Below, piece by piece: positions 50,791 through 61,632 of a stretch of DNA of 64,000 nucleotides. Below the pieces are notes generated by a model. The model was not told where the DNA came from. It saw only the letters and a program-made list of their open reading frames with translations, and ran no database searches. Positions within the stretch are counted from its first letter, which is position 1, and each line of letters starts with the position of its first letter. The stretch lies in NCBI GenBank assembly GCA_034439575.1, contig JAWXAQ010000036.1, positions 96,566 to 160,565 of the forward strand. The letters run 5' to 3'. Source of the DNA: Leptospira sp. Its GTDB lineage: Bacteria; Spirochaetota; Leptospiria; Leptospirales; Leptospiraceae. Both the position numbers and the translations under genes were made by a program.

Positions 50791-50937
50791 AATTTAGTTA
50801 ATGTTATTGCCAATGCACCATTCAGCCTAAACGTTGTTTGTAAAAACTTGTTATTTGGTTTTAAGTACTTACTTCAATTGCACTTTAACTTGTATAATAT
50901 TGATTAGATTATAAACGTTTTTTAAATAGGAAAAAGA

Positions 50938-52155
50938 ATGGATTTTAAATTTTCAAAGTATCATGTTTTCGTCGTTGGTCTACTTGCCTTTTTGCAATTT
51001 ACGCTTGTATTAGATTTTATGATTTTATCACCGCTCGGTGTGATCGTAATGAAAGAATTAAAAATAACCACACAACAGTTTGGTTTTATAGTTTCTGCAT
51101 ATGCTTTTAGTGCCGGAATTTCTGGAATCTTAGCCGCTGGATTTGCGGATCGTTTTGATCGCAAAAAAATGTTACTCTTCTTTTATGTGGGATTTGTTTT
51201 GGCAACGTTTCTCTGTGGCATAGCTGAGAATTATATTTTTTTACTCTTCGTAAGAATTCTAACAGGATTATTCGCTGGAGTGATCTCATCTATTTCATTT
51301 GCCATTGTAGCTGATTTGTTTCCTTTACAAGTGCGTGGACGAGTCATGGGATTCATCATGACGGCTTTTGCCGCAAGCCAAGTCTTTGGTCTTCCCATTG
51401 GAATTTATATTTCGAACTTATGGGGTTGGCAATCTGCATTTTTGATGATAGCGCTCATTAGCGGATTAGTTGGATTTGTGATTTTTTTGAATTTAAGACC
51501 ATTAACTACGCATCTCGATAACAAAACAGAAAGACATGCATTTCTTCATTTGGTAAAAACGATCACAGAACCAAAATACTCATCCGCGTACATTGTCACA
51601 ACCTTACTCGCAACAGGTGGCTTTATGCTTATGCCTTTTGGATCAGCATTTTCAGTTCACAATCTTGGCGTCAAATTAGAAGACCTTCCTATGGTTTACA
51701 TGATAACAGGAATTGTTTCTATGATCGGTGGCCCACTCATGGGAAGGCTCAGCGATGCCATTGGAAAGTACAATATGTTTGTGATAGCATCTTTTTTTGC
51801 CGCATTAACTATTCTTTTTTATACTAGACTCCAAATAACTCCACTAATGAGTGTTATTCTCATAAATTCAATTTTATTTGTTTTTATATCTGCAAGAATG
51901 ATTTCAGCAAATGCTATGACTTCTGCCGTTCCAGAATTGCACGATCGCGGAGCGTTTATGGCCATCAGTTCTTCCATTCAACAAATATCAGGCGGAATAG
52001 CTGCATCACTTGCGGGATTAATTGTCATTCAAACTAAGAGTGGTTATCTGGAAAGGTATGAAACTTTAGGTTATGTCGTCGCAGTGGCTATTGCGATCAC
52101 AATCGTACTTATGTACAATGTGAATCAAATCATCACAAATAAAGAGTCAAAATAA
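50938..52155 (+). CDS. MFS transporter
   Basis: 12-TM pattern, GFADRFDRKK motif A. Confidence 0.9.
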   Translation: MDFKFSKYHVFVVGLLAFLQFTLVLDFMILSPLGVIVMKELKITTQQFGFIVSAYAFSAGISGILAAGFADRFDRKKMLLFFYVGFVLATFLCGIAENYIFLLFVRILTGLFAGVISSISFAIVADLFPLQVRGRVMGFIMTAFAASQVFGLPIGIYISNLWGWQSAFLMIALISGLVGFVIFLNLRPLTTHLDNKTERHAFLHLVKTITEPKYSSAYIVTTLLATGGFMLMPFGSAFSVHNLGVKLEDLPMVYMITGIVSMIGGPLMGRLSDAIGKYNMFVIASFFAALTILFYTRLQITPLMSVILINSILFVFISARMISANAMTSAVPELHDRGAFMAISSSIQQISGGIAASLAGLIVIQTKSGYLERYETLGYVVAVAIAITIVLMYNVNQIITNKESK

Positions 52156-52195
52156 ACAACCAAAGCAGATCTGATACACATTGGTTGTTTATTTT
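52149..52195. terminator. Inverted repeat between convergent MFS and pepA
   Basis: AAAATAAACAACCAA-N17-TTGGTTGTTTATTTT, 15-bp perfect arms. Confidence 0.6.
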
Positions 52196-52204
52196 TAATA
52201 AATG

Positions 52205-53680
52205 TTATTTGGAAAGACCTTCGGCAAGGTCAACTAACAAGCGCACTCCGTATCCAGTTGGGCCACTCGTTTGTGTGCCCGATGCTTTTTTTCGCCATGC
52301 GGTACCCGCGATATCGATATGAGCCCATTCAATTTTTTCATCTACAAATTTTGATAAAAACATTGCCGCAGAAACTGTACCGCCACCCTTTCCGCCACCG
52401 GTAATGTTTTTTAAATCTGCGATATCTGATTTTAAATCTTCCCCGTATTCATCCCATAATGGCAATTCCCATACACGGTCATCGGATTTTGTCGCAGCTA
52501 ACTGGAGTGATTCGCGCATTAAATCTGACTTTGTCATGATACCAGCGGCTTCATGTCCGAGTGCAATGATCACAGCGCCAGTCAAAGTGGCTAAATCGAC
52601 CATATAATCAGGTTTATGATGTTTGGATACATAAGCTAACACATCACCAAGCACAAGTCTGCCTTCTGCATCTGTATTTTGAACTTCCACAGTGGTTCCG
52701 TTATACGCAGTATATACATCGCCTGGTTTGATGGCTTTTCCATCTGGCATATTTTCAGCAACCCCAATGGCTGCAACGATATGGATGGGAAGTTTTAAAG
52801 CGGCGATAGCACCAATCGCATGTATGGTGGCAGCTGCACCACACATATCATATTTCATTTCATGCATTTCTCCAGGAGGTTTTAGTGAAATGCCACCTGT
52901 ATCGAAGGTAAGTCCCTTTCCAACAATTGCAAATTTTTTCTTTGCCTTTGTTGGTTTGTATTCTAATACTACCATTTTTCCTTGGAGTTCTGATCCTCGG
53001 CTAACAGCAAGTATACCGCCAAATCCTTCTCTTTTGAGTTGAGATTCATCCCAAACTTTAATGCTTAATTTCTCTTCCTTTGCAATTTCTTTTGCTCTAG
53101 AAACAAAATCATCTGGAGTGAAATAATTTGCAGGTAAATGGGCAATATGGCGAGCACCGTTTACGTGTTTTGCGACGATTTCTGCTTTGTGTAATCCAAT
53201 TTCTGCATCCTTAATTACTTTTTTATCTTCGAAAACAAGTGCGACAATACCTTGCGTCGTTTTTTCTTTTTTCTTCGTTTGTAAAAGTGTGACCGGATAG
53301 GAACCAATGCTTAGGCAATTGACAACCTGGTATGCGATTCGTTCTGCTGAAAAAAGTTTTGTGATTTCTGAAGAAAAATGGACCTCAAATCCCACCCCAT
53401 CCCATTTAATGATTCGTTCTCCATACTTTAAAAATAGACCAGCAAACTTTCTAAAAATAATTTTATCTTTATCACCTAAGCCAACGTAGATGATTTTTTC
53501 TGTTTCATCTTTGAGCTCTTGGCCAAAGTCTGCCGAAAAAACTTTAGAATTAATTTGTAATGAAAATTTGTCGCCGAGTAAACTACTTAGTTCTTTTTGG
53601 AAAACAAATTTGATTTTATAAAAAGAATTTCCCTTGTGTGGGCCGATATGAAATTTTAATGGAGAGGTTTGGATTTTCAT
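52205..53680 (-). CDS. pepA: Leucyl aminopeptidase (M17)
   Basis: [34 protein letters not shown]. Confidence 0.95.
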   Translation of the reverse strand: MKIQTSPLKFHIGPHKGNSFYKIKFVFQKELSSLLGDKFSLQINSKVFSADFGQELKDETEKIIYVGLGDKDKIIFRKFAGLFLKYGERIIKWDGVGFEVHFSSEITKLFSAERIAYQVVNCLSIGSYPVTLLQTKKKEKTTQGIVALVFEDKKVIKDAEIGLHKAEIVAKHVNGARHIAHLPANYFTPDDFVSRAKEIAKEEKLSIKVWDESQLKREGFGGILAVSRGSELQGKMVVLEYKPTKAKKKFAIVGKGLTFDTGGISLKPPGEMHEMKYDMCGAAATIHAIGAIAALKLPIHIVAAIGVAENMPDGKAIKPGDVYTAYNGTTVEVQNTDAEGRLVLGDVLAYVSKHHKPDYMVDLATLTGAVIIALGHEAAGIMTKSDLMRESLQLAATKSDDRVWELPLWDEYGEDLKSDIADLKNITGGGKGGGTVSAAMFLSKFVDEKIEWAHIDIAGTAWRKKASGTQTSGPTGYGVRLLVDLAEGLSK

Positions 53681-54156
53681 TTTCCCGATAATTCCTGAAT
53701 GTCCTTGATGATTTCTTCTACGTGACCTTTTACCTTCACGCTGTCATAGATTTTTTTAACTTTTAGGGATGCATCCAAAAGAAATGTAGTACGAACAATT
53801 CCCATTCCTTTTCTACCCATAAAAACTTTTTCCCGCCAAACACCATACTTCTCACAAATTTCTCCGGATTCATCACTGATCAGTTCGAAATTTAATTTTT
53901 CTTTTTCTATGAATTTTGTATGAGCCTTCGGTGTATCTTTTGAGATTCCCACAACATTATAGCCCAATTTTTTGATCCGTGCAAAATTATCACGAAAATC
54001 ACAAGCTTCTGTGGTACATCCTGGAGTCATATCTCTTGGATAAAAGTAAAGAACCACACCTTCTTTTCCAACGAGATCTGCTAATTTGACAGTTTCATCA
54101 TTTGCATTCTTTGATGTAAATGTTGGTGCCTTTTTTCCGACAGTTATTTCAGCCAT
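53677..54156 (-). CDS. bcp: Thioredoxin-dependent peroxiredoxin Bcp
   Basis: [20 protein letters not shown]. Confidence 0.93.
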   Translation of the reverse strand: MAEITVGKKAPTFTSKNANDETVKLADLVGKEGVVLYFYPRDMTPGCTTEACDFRDNFARIKKLGYNVVGISKDTPKAHTKFIEKEKLNFELISDESGEICEKYGVWREKVFMGRKGMGIVRTTFLLDASLKVKKIYDSVKVKGHVEEIIKDIQELSGK

Positions 54157-54232
54157 ATTTTACTCCTTTAAATTCTTTCCATTTAGACAAAATTCTGTTG
54201 TAAAAGCAAGAAAATCGAGCGATAAGTTTATT

Positions 54233-54643
54233 ATGGACATAAAACTTCGAGCACAATTGATACGGGAAGGGAACCAGGCTTTTAATGCTGGTGATATCCG
54301 TAAAGCTCGTGAGCTCTTTATGAAGACTGGCTACCAAGATGGACTGACTCGTCTCGGAGATCATTTTATGTATGATCGTAAATTGCCTATGCTTGCCTTT
54401 GGGTATTATAAAAAAGCAGGACGTCAGGACAAAGTGGATGAAATTTTTCAAAGAATGATCATGGCACTTTCTGAGTGGCTCGGCAAAGACAAGTTCAAGC
54501 CGACCCTTACTTCGGGAACCAAGGCAAATAATAACATAGCTGCTAATGAAGAGAACCCTCGCAAAGAATTGAACCCTGATGATTTTCAAGTGCATCCCAT
54601 TCTCAAAGCTAAAGCGATTGAAATCCTAAATTCAAAGAAATAA
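54233..54643 (+). CDS. Conserved hypothetical protein (TPR-like)
   Basis: Start reset to ATG 54233 (MDIKLRAQLIREGN) to avoid overlap with bcp. Confidence 0.7.
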   Translation: MDIKLRAQLIREGNQAFNAGDIRKARELFMKTGYQDGLTRLGDHFMYDRKLPMLAFGYYKKAGRQDKVDEIFQRMIMALSEWLGKDKFKPTLTSGTKANNNIAANEENPRKELNPDDFQVHPILKAKAIEILNSKK

Positions 54644-54652
54644 TTTTAATTA

Positions 54653-56119
54653 TTGATGATTGATCCTTTCGCATTACAAGCATTCATTTATTCTGCCTTA
54701 ATACTTTTTTCCATTCTATCGAGTAAGCTGTTTTTTCGATTTGGTTTTCCCATCCTACTTATTTTTTTGACCTTCGGTATGTTAGCTGGAACGGATGGGC
54801 CAGGTGGGATAGAATTTAGTGACTATGGACTCGCTCAATCCATTGGCATTTTTGCCCTAATGTATATTTTATTTTTGGGTGGATTGGAAAGTGATTGGGA
54901 TGCGCTCAAGTCTACACTTTCAGTCAGTTTAAAATTATCTATTTTAGGAACTATACTCACGGCTTTATTTTTAGGAATATTTATTCATTTAATATTCCCT
55001 GTGCTCGGTTATATGGAATCATTTCTACTCGGATCTATAGTCAGTGCCACCGATGCCGCATCTGTTTTTAATATATTTAAAACAGGTGGTTCCAATCTCA
55101 AAGAGCATATCAAAAAAATCATAGAATTCGAATCAGGTTCAAATGATGCACTTGGTGTTTTATTAACTACGATTTTTTTGAATTTTATAACCAATGATGG
55201 AAGTTTATCTGGTTGGTATTTTGTAAGGTTCTTTTTATTACAAATATTTATGGGCATTTTGATGGGATATGGATTGGGTATGGTGATACTTTACCTAATG
55301 AATACCGTCAAACTGGGATATGATGGTCTCTACCTGGTATTTATCACTGCATGTGTTCCGTTTATTTATTCAGTTACCACTATTTTCCAAGGAAATGGAT
55401 TTCTCGCGGTTTATTTAGCAGGCATTCTCATCGGTAGATTTCCTTTTATTCACAAAAAATCTATCTTTAGATTTTTAAATGGGTATGTTTGGATTTTACA
55501 AATTGGAATGTTTTTATGTTTCGGACTCCTTGTGTTCCCGTCAAGGTTAGATAATCTTTGGTTACCGGGCCTAACGATTGCTATACTTCTTATTGTCATC
55601 GCAAGACCGCTCGCCGTTTTTATCTCTTTATATCGAGAAAATGTTACGGTTAAAGAAAAATTATTTATCTCCTGGGTAGGACTTCGGGGAGCTTCACCTA
55701 TCATTATGGCTACTTTCCCCATAGCACAAGGGATAGCCGGTGGTGAATTGTTATTTCATATCGTGTTCTTTGTTGTGTTAGTATCTCTACTTTTGCAAGG
55801 TTCTACAGTGCAAAGAATGGCAGGTTATCTTGGAATTTTACAAGAAAAATCAGACAATATCTTTCAACCTAGAGATTTTGATAACATGGAATTTCCTGGT
55901 ATGACCTTACAGGAGTTCATCGTTCCTTATAATTCTACAGTCGTCGAAAAAGCATTGTTCGAAATCAAATTGCCCAAGGATTCGCATATATTACTGATTG
56001 CACGCGGGGAACAATTTTTAATCCCCTCAGGAAACACACTCGTTCGTGGAGGGGATGTGATCTGGATCTTAGCGAAAGATGAAGTGCTTAGCGAAGTTGG
56101 TAAAACCTTAATGCTTTAA
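54653..56119 (+). CDS. cvrA: K+/H+ antiporter (CvrA/NhaP2 type) with TrkA-C domain
   Basis: GTDGPGGI, SATDAASV, EFESGSND, WVGLRGA; C-terminal IPSGNTLVRGGD. Confidence 0.88.
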   Translation: MMIDPFALQAFIYSALILFSILSSKLFFRFGFPILLIFLTFGMLAGTDGPGGIEFSDYGLAQSIGIFALMYILFLGGLESDWDALKSTLSVSLKLSILGTILTALFLGIFIHLIFPVLGYMESFLLGSIVSATDAASVFNIFKTGGSNLKEHIKKIIEFESGSNDALGVLLTTIFLNFITNDGSLSGWYFVRFFLLQIFMGILMGYGLGMVILYLMNTVKLGYDGLYLVFITACVPFIYSVTTIFQGNGFLAVYLAGILIGRFPFIHKKSIFRFLNGYVWILQIGMFLCFGLLVFPSRLDNLWLPGLTIAILLIVIARPLAVFISLYRENVTVKEKLFISWVGLRGASPIIMATFPIAQGIAGGELLFHIVFFVVLVSLLLQGSTVQRMAGYLGILQEKSDNIFQPRDFDNMEFPGMTLQEFIVPYNSTVVEKALFEIKLPKDSHILLIARGEQFLIPSGNTLVRGGDVIWILAKDEVLSEVGKTLML

Positions 56120-56163
56120 TAAAATAATAAAAAGCATTTTTTCACCTAACGAAAGCTATAAAA

Positions 56164-57180
56164 TTAAATGTCCAAGTCCTTTGAAACTCCTAAAATCAAA
56201 GTGGTCGCTTCATATTTCTGTCTTTGAGTGTACATGATATTTTCTATGATTGTTTTGTTGATGGTATCACTTGTTAGTGAAGATCCTGAAGAGGAAAGAA
56301 GTGCCACTAACAATAAATTGGTACCAAATGGCGCGCTGATATTTGTATAAATCGTATCGCGTTCCGCAGAAAGAAAAACACGAATCGAATCGGAAGCTTT
56401 CAAACTCACACCTAACAAAAATCGATTTCCTGAAATTTTGAATGTTCCAGTAGAATCATCAAATCGATTTGAGACTCCGATACTACCATTGGATGTGAGA
56501 TACCCTTCTGCCGTTTTTGAATAGGTGTATTTTCCAGAAGAAATAAACAAAACATTACTTAAGAGGAGAGAATCAAAATAAAGCGAAAGGTTCGGGGTGA
56601 GATCATATTCCATACCAAATCCGACAAATCCAGATGTGTCCCGACTGCGGATTTTTTCTCTGCCACGGATAAAACCTGCATCAACAGAATCATAGATGAT
56701 CATGGTGGTATTTGAATTTATATCTTGGTTCACTGTTCGGTGAACAAATTTTGGGATCACACGAAAATTATCAAAAACAGAGATCACAGTTCCAAAAGTA
56801 AATTCAATTTGTTGTTGAATGGCTTTGTAATTCAATGTTTCGATACGGTTCGCATTGAATCTGTTTGTGGGAAAACTGCCTTTTAGATCTGAAAAGTTGG
56901 CACCAAACAAAAGATGAGTGAATAGGGGATTTTTAAGTGATGCATAATAATCTACACCAAATCTAACTCCCGTTCCTTTGTTCTGGTCTTGCCAGTTTGA
57001 TTCTATAACACGATTGTAGACTAAGTTGAAATTTTGATTTCTTTTTTCCCAATCAGAAACATAAAATCCACCGACGCCTGCGAATTTTAATCTAACTGCG
57101 GATTTATCTAGTTTTCCTGCTTGGGCAAAAACGGGAACGGATAAGATTAGAGAAAATAAAAGTACAGATATTTTTTTCAT
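56164..57180 (-). CDS. Putative outer-membrane beta-barrel protein
   Basis: Signal peptide and alternating amphipathic strands (FVGFGMEYDL, FLLGVSLK). Confidence 0.6.
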   Translation of the reverse strand: MKKISVLLFSLILSVPVFAQAGKLDKSAVRLKFAGVGGFYVSDWEKRNQNFNLVYNRVIESNWQDQNKGTGVRFGVDYYASLKNPLFTHLLFGANFSDLKGSFPTNRFNANRIETLNYKAIQQQIEFTFGTVISVFDNFRVIPKFVHRTVNQDINSNTTMIIYDSVDAGFIRGREKIRSRDTSGFVGFGMEYDLTPNLSLYFDSLLLSNVLFISSGKYTYSKTAEGYLTSNGSIGVSNRFDDSTGTFKISGNRFLLGVSLKASDSIRVFLSAERDTIYTNISAPFGTNLLLVALLSSSGSSLTSDTINKTIIENIMYTQRQKYEATTLILGVSKDLDI

Positions 57181-57190
57181 AATGATAAAC

Positions 57191-58573
57191 CTACGCTACT
57201 AATTCTTTTTGTTGTTGTAAAACTTTTTTCCTATACTTGAGACCGAAATAAACTGGTACAGAAGAAAGGGTGATGGAGAGGCCCCAAATTGCATTAGCAG
57301 GTTTTTCTATAAAAAGAATTAACATCACAGCAATATTGGCAAAAATATATAAAAAAATCGGCCAAGGGTAGAACGGAATTTTATAATCCGAAACATAACC
57401 TAGTTTTTTAAATCGAAAAGGTGTAGCGGCCGTTAACGATGATAATATCAAAATTGAACAAGTGATCATATAAAGTAAGGACTCTATTTCTTTGACAGTG
57501 AGAAAGAGTATGGCAATGCTTGCTTGGAAAATAATAGAAATATATGGGCTTCTATACTTTGGATGGATTTTTGCAAAAGATTCGATAAATGCACCATCTC
57601 TCGCCATGGCAAAATAAACTCGACTCCCACCAATGACAATGGCGGATAAAGATCCAAGGATCACCCAAGTGATAAATCCTGTCGTTAATATGGATAAGTC
57701 AGCACCAAACAAACGTTCAAAGGCAATGGCACCGATTCCATCATTGCCAGATAACAATGATTTGGGGGCGGAGACAAAAAACAAAACATTTAATAATAAA
57801 TACAATCCCGTGACCATAAAACAGGCAGTAATCGCTGATTTTACTAAATTCTTTTCTGGAGATTGTACTTCTTCTGCAATATATGTGATCATATTCCAAC
57901 CTAAGTAAGAAAATGATACGGGCACGATTCCAATCAGTATTTTTGAATACGAAGAACTATCGAAAAAATCAGGGAGTGGATTTGATAAGAGGTGACTCCA
58001 ATCCGAATTGCCAATTAAAAAACCGAGAACTATAAAAAGTACAAGACCAACGATTTTGATCGCTGCAAATAAATTTTGAACGCGAACAGCAGATTTGATT
58101 CCAAAAAAATTTAGAATACTAAAAAACAAAATAGGAAATATGCCAATGAGGGTTGCCGAATTGATTTCCAGTTCAACACCTAACAAAAATGTACTGCCAG
58201 TGGACCACTTAGGTAGACTCGGAAATAAAACAAGAATATACTTTCCAAAGGCTAGTGCCAAAACAGATATGCAAGCCGAGAAATTTGTGAGTAATGAAGA
58301 CCAACCACTCATAAAGGCAAGTATGGGTGAATAGGCAACTTTTAGATAAACATAGTCGCCACCCGCGAAAGGTAAAAGTCTTGCGGCATATGCATAGGTA
58401 ATGGATCCACATAGAGCTAAAAATCCACCAAGAGCCCAGCAGATTAAAACAATCCAGGGATTGCCAGTTTCTTTGAGTAAAAATCCAGAAGTGAAAAAAA
58501 TCCCTGATCCTACCATTGAGGAAAAGAGAAGGGAAATCGAATCGAATGCGTTAAGTGATCTTTTTAGCTCCAG
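57191..58573 (-). CDS. APC-family amino acid permease (probable CTG start)
   Basis: ELKRSLNAFDSISLLFSSMVGSGIF, AGGDYVYL, SYLGWN, AEEV, SRVYFAMARDG; frame open upstream of the track's ATG 58516 to CTG 58573. Confidence 0.88.
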   Translation of the reverse strand: MELKRSLNAFDSISLLFSSMVGSGIFFTSGFLLKETGNPWIVLICWALGGFLALCGSITYAYAARLLPFAGGDYVYLKVAYSPILAFMSGWSSLLTNFSACISVLALAFGKYILVLFPSLPKWSTGSTFLLGVELEINSATLIGIFPILFFSILNFFGIKSAVRVQNLFAAIKIVGLVLFIVLGFLIGNSDWSHLLSNPLPDFFDSSSYSKILIGIVPVSFSYLGWNMITYIAEEVQSPEKNLVKSAITACFMVTGLYLLLNVLFFVSAPKSLLSGNDGIGAIAFERLFGADLSILTTGFITWVILGSLSAIVIGGSRVYFAMARDGAFIESFAKIHPKYRSPYISIIFQASIAILFLTVKEIESLLYMITCSILILSSLTAATPFRFKKLGYVSDYKIPFYPWPIFLYIFANIAVMLILFIEKPANAIWGLSITLSSVPVYFGLKYRKKVLQQQKELVA

Positions 58574-58575
58574 GC

Positions 58576-59115
58576 CTAACCGCCTAAGAGACGCTTGACG
58601 ACAGATTCTGAAATCGGTTTTTGTGCAGACGCTGATAATGATCCAATTTTGCCCTTGAATTCATCTGGGTTCAAAATCATACCAAGTGAAAAAATATTTT
58701 CCCCTTCCACTTCTTTCTTTTTCAATTCTTGCATAATAGATTGAATGGAACCTTGGGAAGCAGTCAGAGCATCTTTGGCATTAAAATTACTGCCGCTCCC
58801 AGCTTTCGTGAGTTCTGGAAAAAGAGGTTCATTTTCAAAAAGTATTTTGATCAGATCTTCTTTGGGAGTATCGTTCGCTTCTAAGATACCAGATTTTGCC
58901 TGTTCTCGAGAAAGTTGCTTTTGCAATTCTGTCAGTTTTGTCTGGATATTATGATATTGGATAGGCAGGCTGACAGCGAAATCCGACTTTGCCTCTTTTG
59001 TTTGAGAAGAAATATCGGGCGAAAGCGAAGAAGTTTTGTCTGCTTCTTTGGATTCTTTTTTATCCTGAACGAATCGTTCAGCTGAGTTGAGAAGACGATT
59101 GATTCGAACATCCAT
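58576..59115 (-). CDS. Conserved coiled-coil hypothetical protein
   Basis: ATG 59115 (MDVRINRLLNSAE) preceded by AAGGA. Confidence 0.7.
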   Translation of the reverse strand: MDVRINRLLNSAERFVQDKKESKEADKTSSLSPDISSQTKEAKSDFAVSLPIQYHNIQTKLTELQKQLSREQAKSGILEANDTPKEDLIKILFENEPLFPELTKAGSGSNFNAKDALTASQGSIQSIMQELKKKEVEGENIFSLGMILNPDEFKGKIGSLSASAQKPISESVVKRLLGG

Positions 59116-59295
59116 GTCCTTACCTTCCTTTTTAGATACCCTTATGTCTCTCATAAGGGCAGTCCTTTTTTCTGCTACTACCCTTCTAAGATCGGTATCT
59201 GTGTACAAGGAAAATAAACATTTTTTTACGAAAAATGTAAAGTATTATTAAAGTTGACTCGGAGTTTTATCGGACTTTTCTGAAGAATATTCTAT

Positions 59296-60261
59296 ATGGA
59301 AAGAAACCAACTAATCCTCTTTCTCACCTTTCTCCTGACCATCATCGCTACAATTCTAGGTATTGTTCATATTGCCACAGATAGCGGAAATTTAAAATTT
59401 TCCTCCGGCACGGGCGGCGGCTTATTCCAATCCAGTGAAATTGGAGCCGTTGTGATCAAACTGACTGGCGAAATCCATTCAGGTGAATCTACCTTTGATT
59501 CTGTAGGTGCCGATTCCGTTTTGCAGGAGTTACGCGACTTGGAAGAAGATGCCAATGTAAAAGGTATCCTCATCGAGATCAATTCGCCTGGCGGGACAGT
59601 CGCCGCATCGCAAGAAATTTTTAATGAACTGATGCACCTCCGAAAAACCAAAAAGATTGTGGTTTCGATGAAAGATGTTGCGGCTTCCGGTGGTTACTAT
59701 ATCGCAGCGGCATCAGATTATATTTTTGCAGAAAATGGAACGATCACGGGTTCCATAGGAGTTATTTCTTTTAGTCCCAATTTTAAGGGACTTATGGACA
59801 AATATGGAGTAGGAGTTAGAACCTACAAAGCTGGAAAATATAAAGATATGTATTCTCCCTTTAGAGATTCTACTGCGGAAGAAGAAGACATGATCAACAA
59901 ACAACTAACTGACACCTATCGCAAATTTGTTGAAGATGTGGCTCGTGGCAGAAACAAAACAGTAAAATCAATTGAAGAATTAGCCGAGGGAAAAATCTAT
60001 ACTGGCGATGATGCATTTAGAAATAAACTAGTTGATGATATCGGTGGTCGGAGAGAAGCCCATACGAAATTATCTGAGTTGTGCCAGTATGAAGGCCTTA
60101 TACCTCTTTATGAAAAAGAATTATCCCCCTTTGATAAATTTATAATGAATTTCGGTGTGATGTTCCAAGGAAGTGTGCCTCAATCACGAAAAATTGGATT
60201 AATTTTATCATCACCTGTTCTAGTTATGTTACCTACTTGGCTTGGTAAACTCGTATTATGA
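59296..60261 (+). CDS. sppA: Signal peptide peptidase SppA (S49)
   Basis: [28 protein letters not shown]. Confidence 0.93.
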   Translation: MERNQLILFLTFLLTIIATILGIVHIATDSGNLKFSSGTGGGLFQSSEIGAVVIKLTGEIHSGESTFDSVGADSVLQELRDLEEDANVKGILIEINSPGGTVAASQEIFNELMHLRKTKKIVVSMKDVAASGGYYIAAASDYIFAENGTITGSIGVISFSPNFKGLMDKYGVGVRTYKAGKYKDMYSPFRDSTAEEEDMINKQLTDTYRKFVEDVARGRNKTVKSIEELAEGKIYTGDDAFRNKLVDDIGGRREAHTKLSELCQYEGLIPLYEKELSPFDKFIMNFGVMFQGSVPQSRKIGLILSSPVLVMLPTWLGKLVL

Positions 60262-60869
60262 GAAATTTGATTTACGATATCGTAGATTTGCTTGAGATTA
60301 TTTTTCTCGAACCATTTCGTTATTTAGACGAAATGAAAGAAATTCCATTTGCGATTAAACCTATAAGTAATTGGCTTTTTTCTATCATTGCCGCAATGAG
60401 TGTATCTTGCGGGATGAGTTTACTTTCACCACCTTACACAGTAGCAACGGTTGGATTCTTGCTATTTGGCTTTTTTGCCAACTTAGTTGTTATGCGCTAT
60501 TTTCCATTTATCATTTGTCTTATTATGGATTTTTATGCGCAAAGTAAAGGTCGAACTAATAAAGTATCCTTAGCTCTTAATTTTTCGAGACATATGGTGC
60601 TTTGTTTTTCATTATTTGGGCCAATATCGTTGATATTAGTTTCTTTTGGTGTTTATGGAAGAGGTTATGGGATTTTACTTTTGATCGTAAATTTTATGCT
60701 CTATACATTTTTCGTGGGAAGAGGTATCAAGTATATCTATGATTTGAAAGATAGAGATGCTTTTCGTTTTGCTTACTATGGTTTGTTTTTGACTGCTGGA
60801 TTCCCTATGATATTTAATCTCTATACAGCTACATCCATCTTGCAGTCGTTTGCTGGAGGAGATTTTTGA
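60258..60869 (+). CDS. Membrane protein of unknown function
   Basis: About 5 TM segments, overlapping start/stop with sppA and surE. Confidence 0.7.
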   Translation: MRNLIYDIVDLLEIIFLEPFRYLDEMKEIPFAIKPISNWLFSIIAAMSVSCGMSLLSPPYTVATVGFLLFGFFANLVVMRYFPFIICLIMDFYAQSKGRTNKVSLALNFSRHMVLCFSLFGPISLILVSFGVYGRGYGILLLIVNFMLYTFFVGRGIKYIYDLKDRDAFRFAYYGLFLTAGFPMIFNLYTATSILQSFAGGDF

Positions 60870-61609
60870 ATATTCTCATCACGAATGATGATGGCATTTC
60901 ATCTGCTGGAATTAAGGCCCTTGAATCTGAACTAGGCAAGGATCATAATACTTATCTGATTGCTCCTTTAAAAGAAAGATCGGTTACTTCTATGGCTTTG
61001 ACTGTTTTTTCTTCGATGCGTGTCGAAAGAGTAAATGACAATCATTATATTGCTGATGGATTTCCTGCTGATTGTGTTAACATCGGTTTGTATGCTGAAA
61101 TTTTTCCTGCTATTGACTTTGTTATATCGGGCATCAATAGAGGCGTTAACATGGGTTATGATATGCACTATTCGGGTACGGTTGGTGCCGCAAAACATGG
61201 TGCCTTACATGGATTACCGAGTCTTGCTGTTAGTTCAGGGCGTATCGATCCGGATGATGGGTATAAAAAAGAAGCCACTCTTGTGAATGAATTTGTGAAT
61301 CGTTATAGCAAAGAAATTAAAACAGGCGAAGTTTGGAATATGAATTTCCCTCCTGAAATCGCGGGTCTTGGTGGCCTGGATCAAATGACGTTTACAAAAT
61401 TAGGTAGAAGGCGTTATACGGAAAAATATGAAAAGGAAACTATTATTGGTGGTGTGAGTGAATTTAGATTGAATGGAAGTTTACTCGGACATGATGAAGA
61501 GCCAGGAACGGATTTCGAAGCTTATTATTTAGGAAAGATACCCATTACACCTATCCAATTGGACCTTACACATAACCATAGACTTACAGAAATAAAAAAG
61601 TTTTTTTAA
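60866..61609 (+). CDS. surE: 5'/3'-nucleotidase SurE
   Basis: ILITNDDG, GFPADCV, SGINRG.N, YSGTVGAA. Confidence 0.95.
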   Translation: MNILITNDDGISSAGIKALESELGKDHNTYLIAPLKERSVTSMALTVFSSMRVERVNDNHYIADGFPADCVNIGLYAEIFPAIDFVISGINRGVNMGYDMHYSGTVGAAKHGALHGLPSLAVSSGRIDPDDGYKKEATLVNEFVNRYSKEIKTGEVWNMNFPPEIAGLGGLDQMTFTKLGRRRYTEKYEKETIIGGVSEFRLNGSLLGHDEEPGTDFEAYYLGKIPITPIQLDLTHNHRLTEIKKFF

Positions 61610-61632
61610 TATAATTAGTCTAAGAATGTAGA

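Noticed and set aside
54149-54595. 148-aa minus-strand ORF
   Set aside because: Antisense to the better-supported 54233-54643 gene
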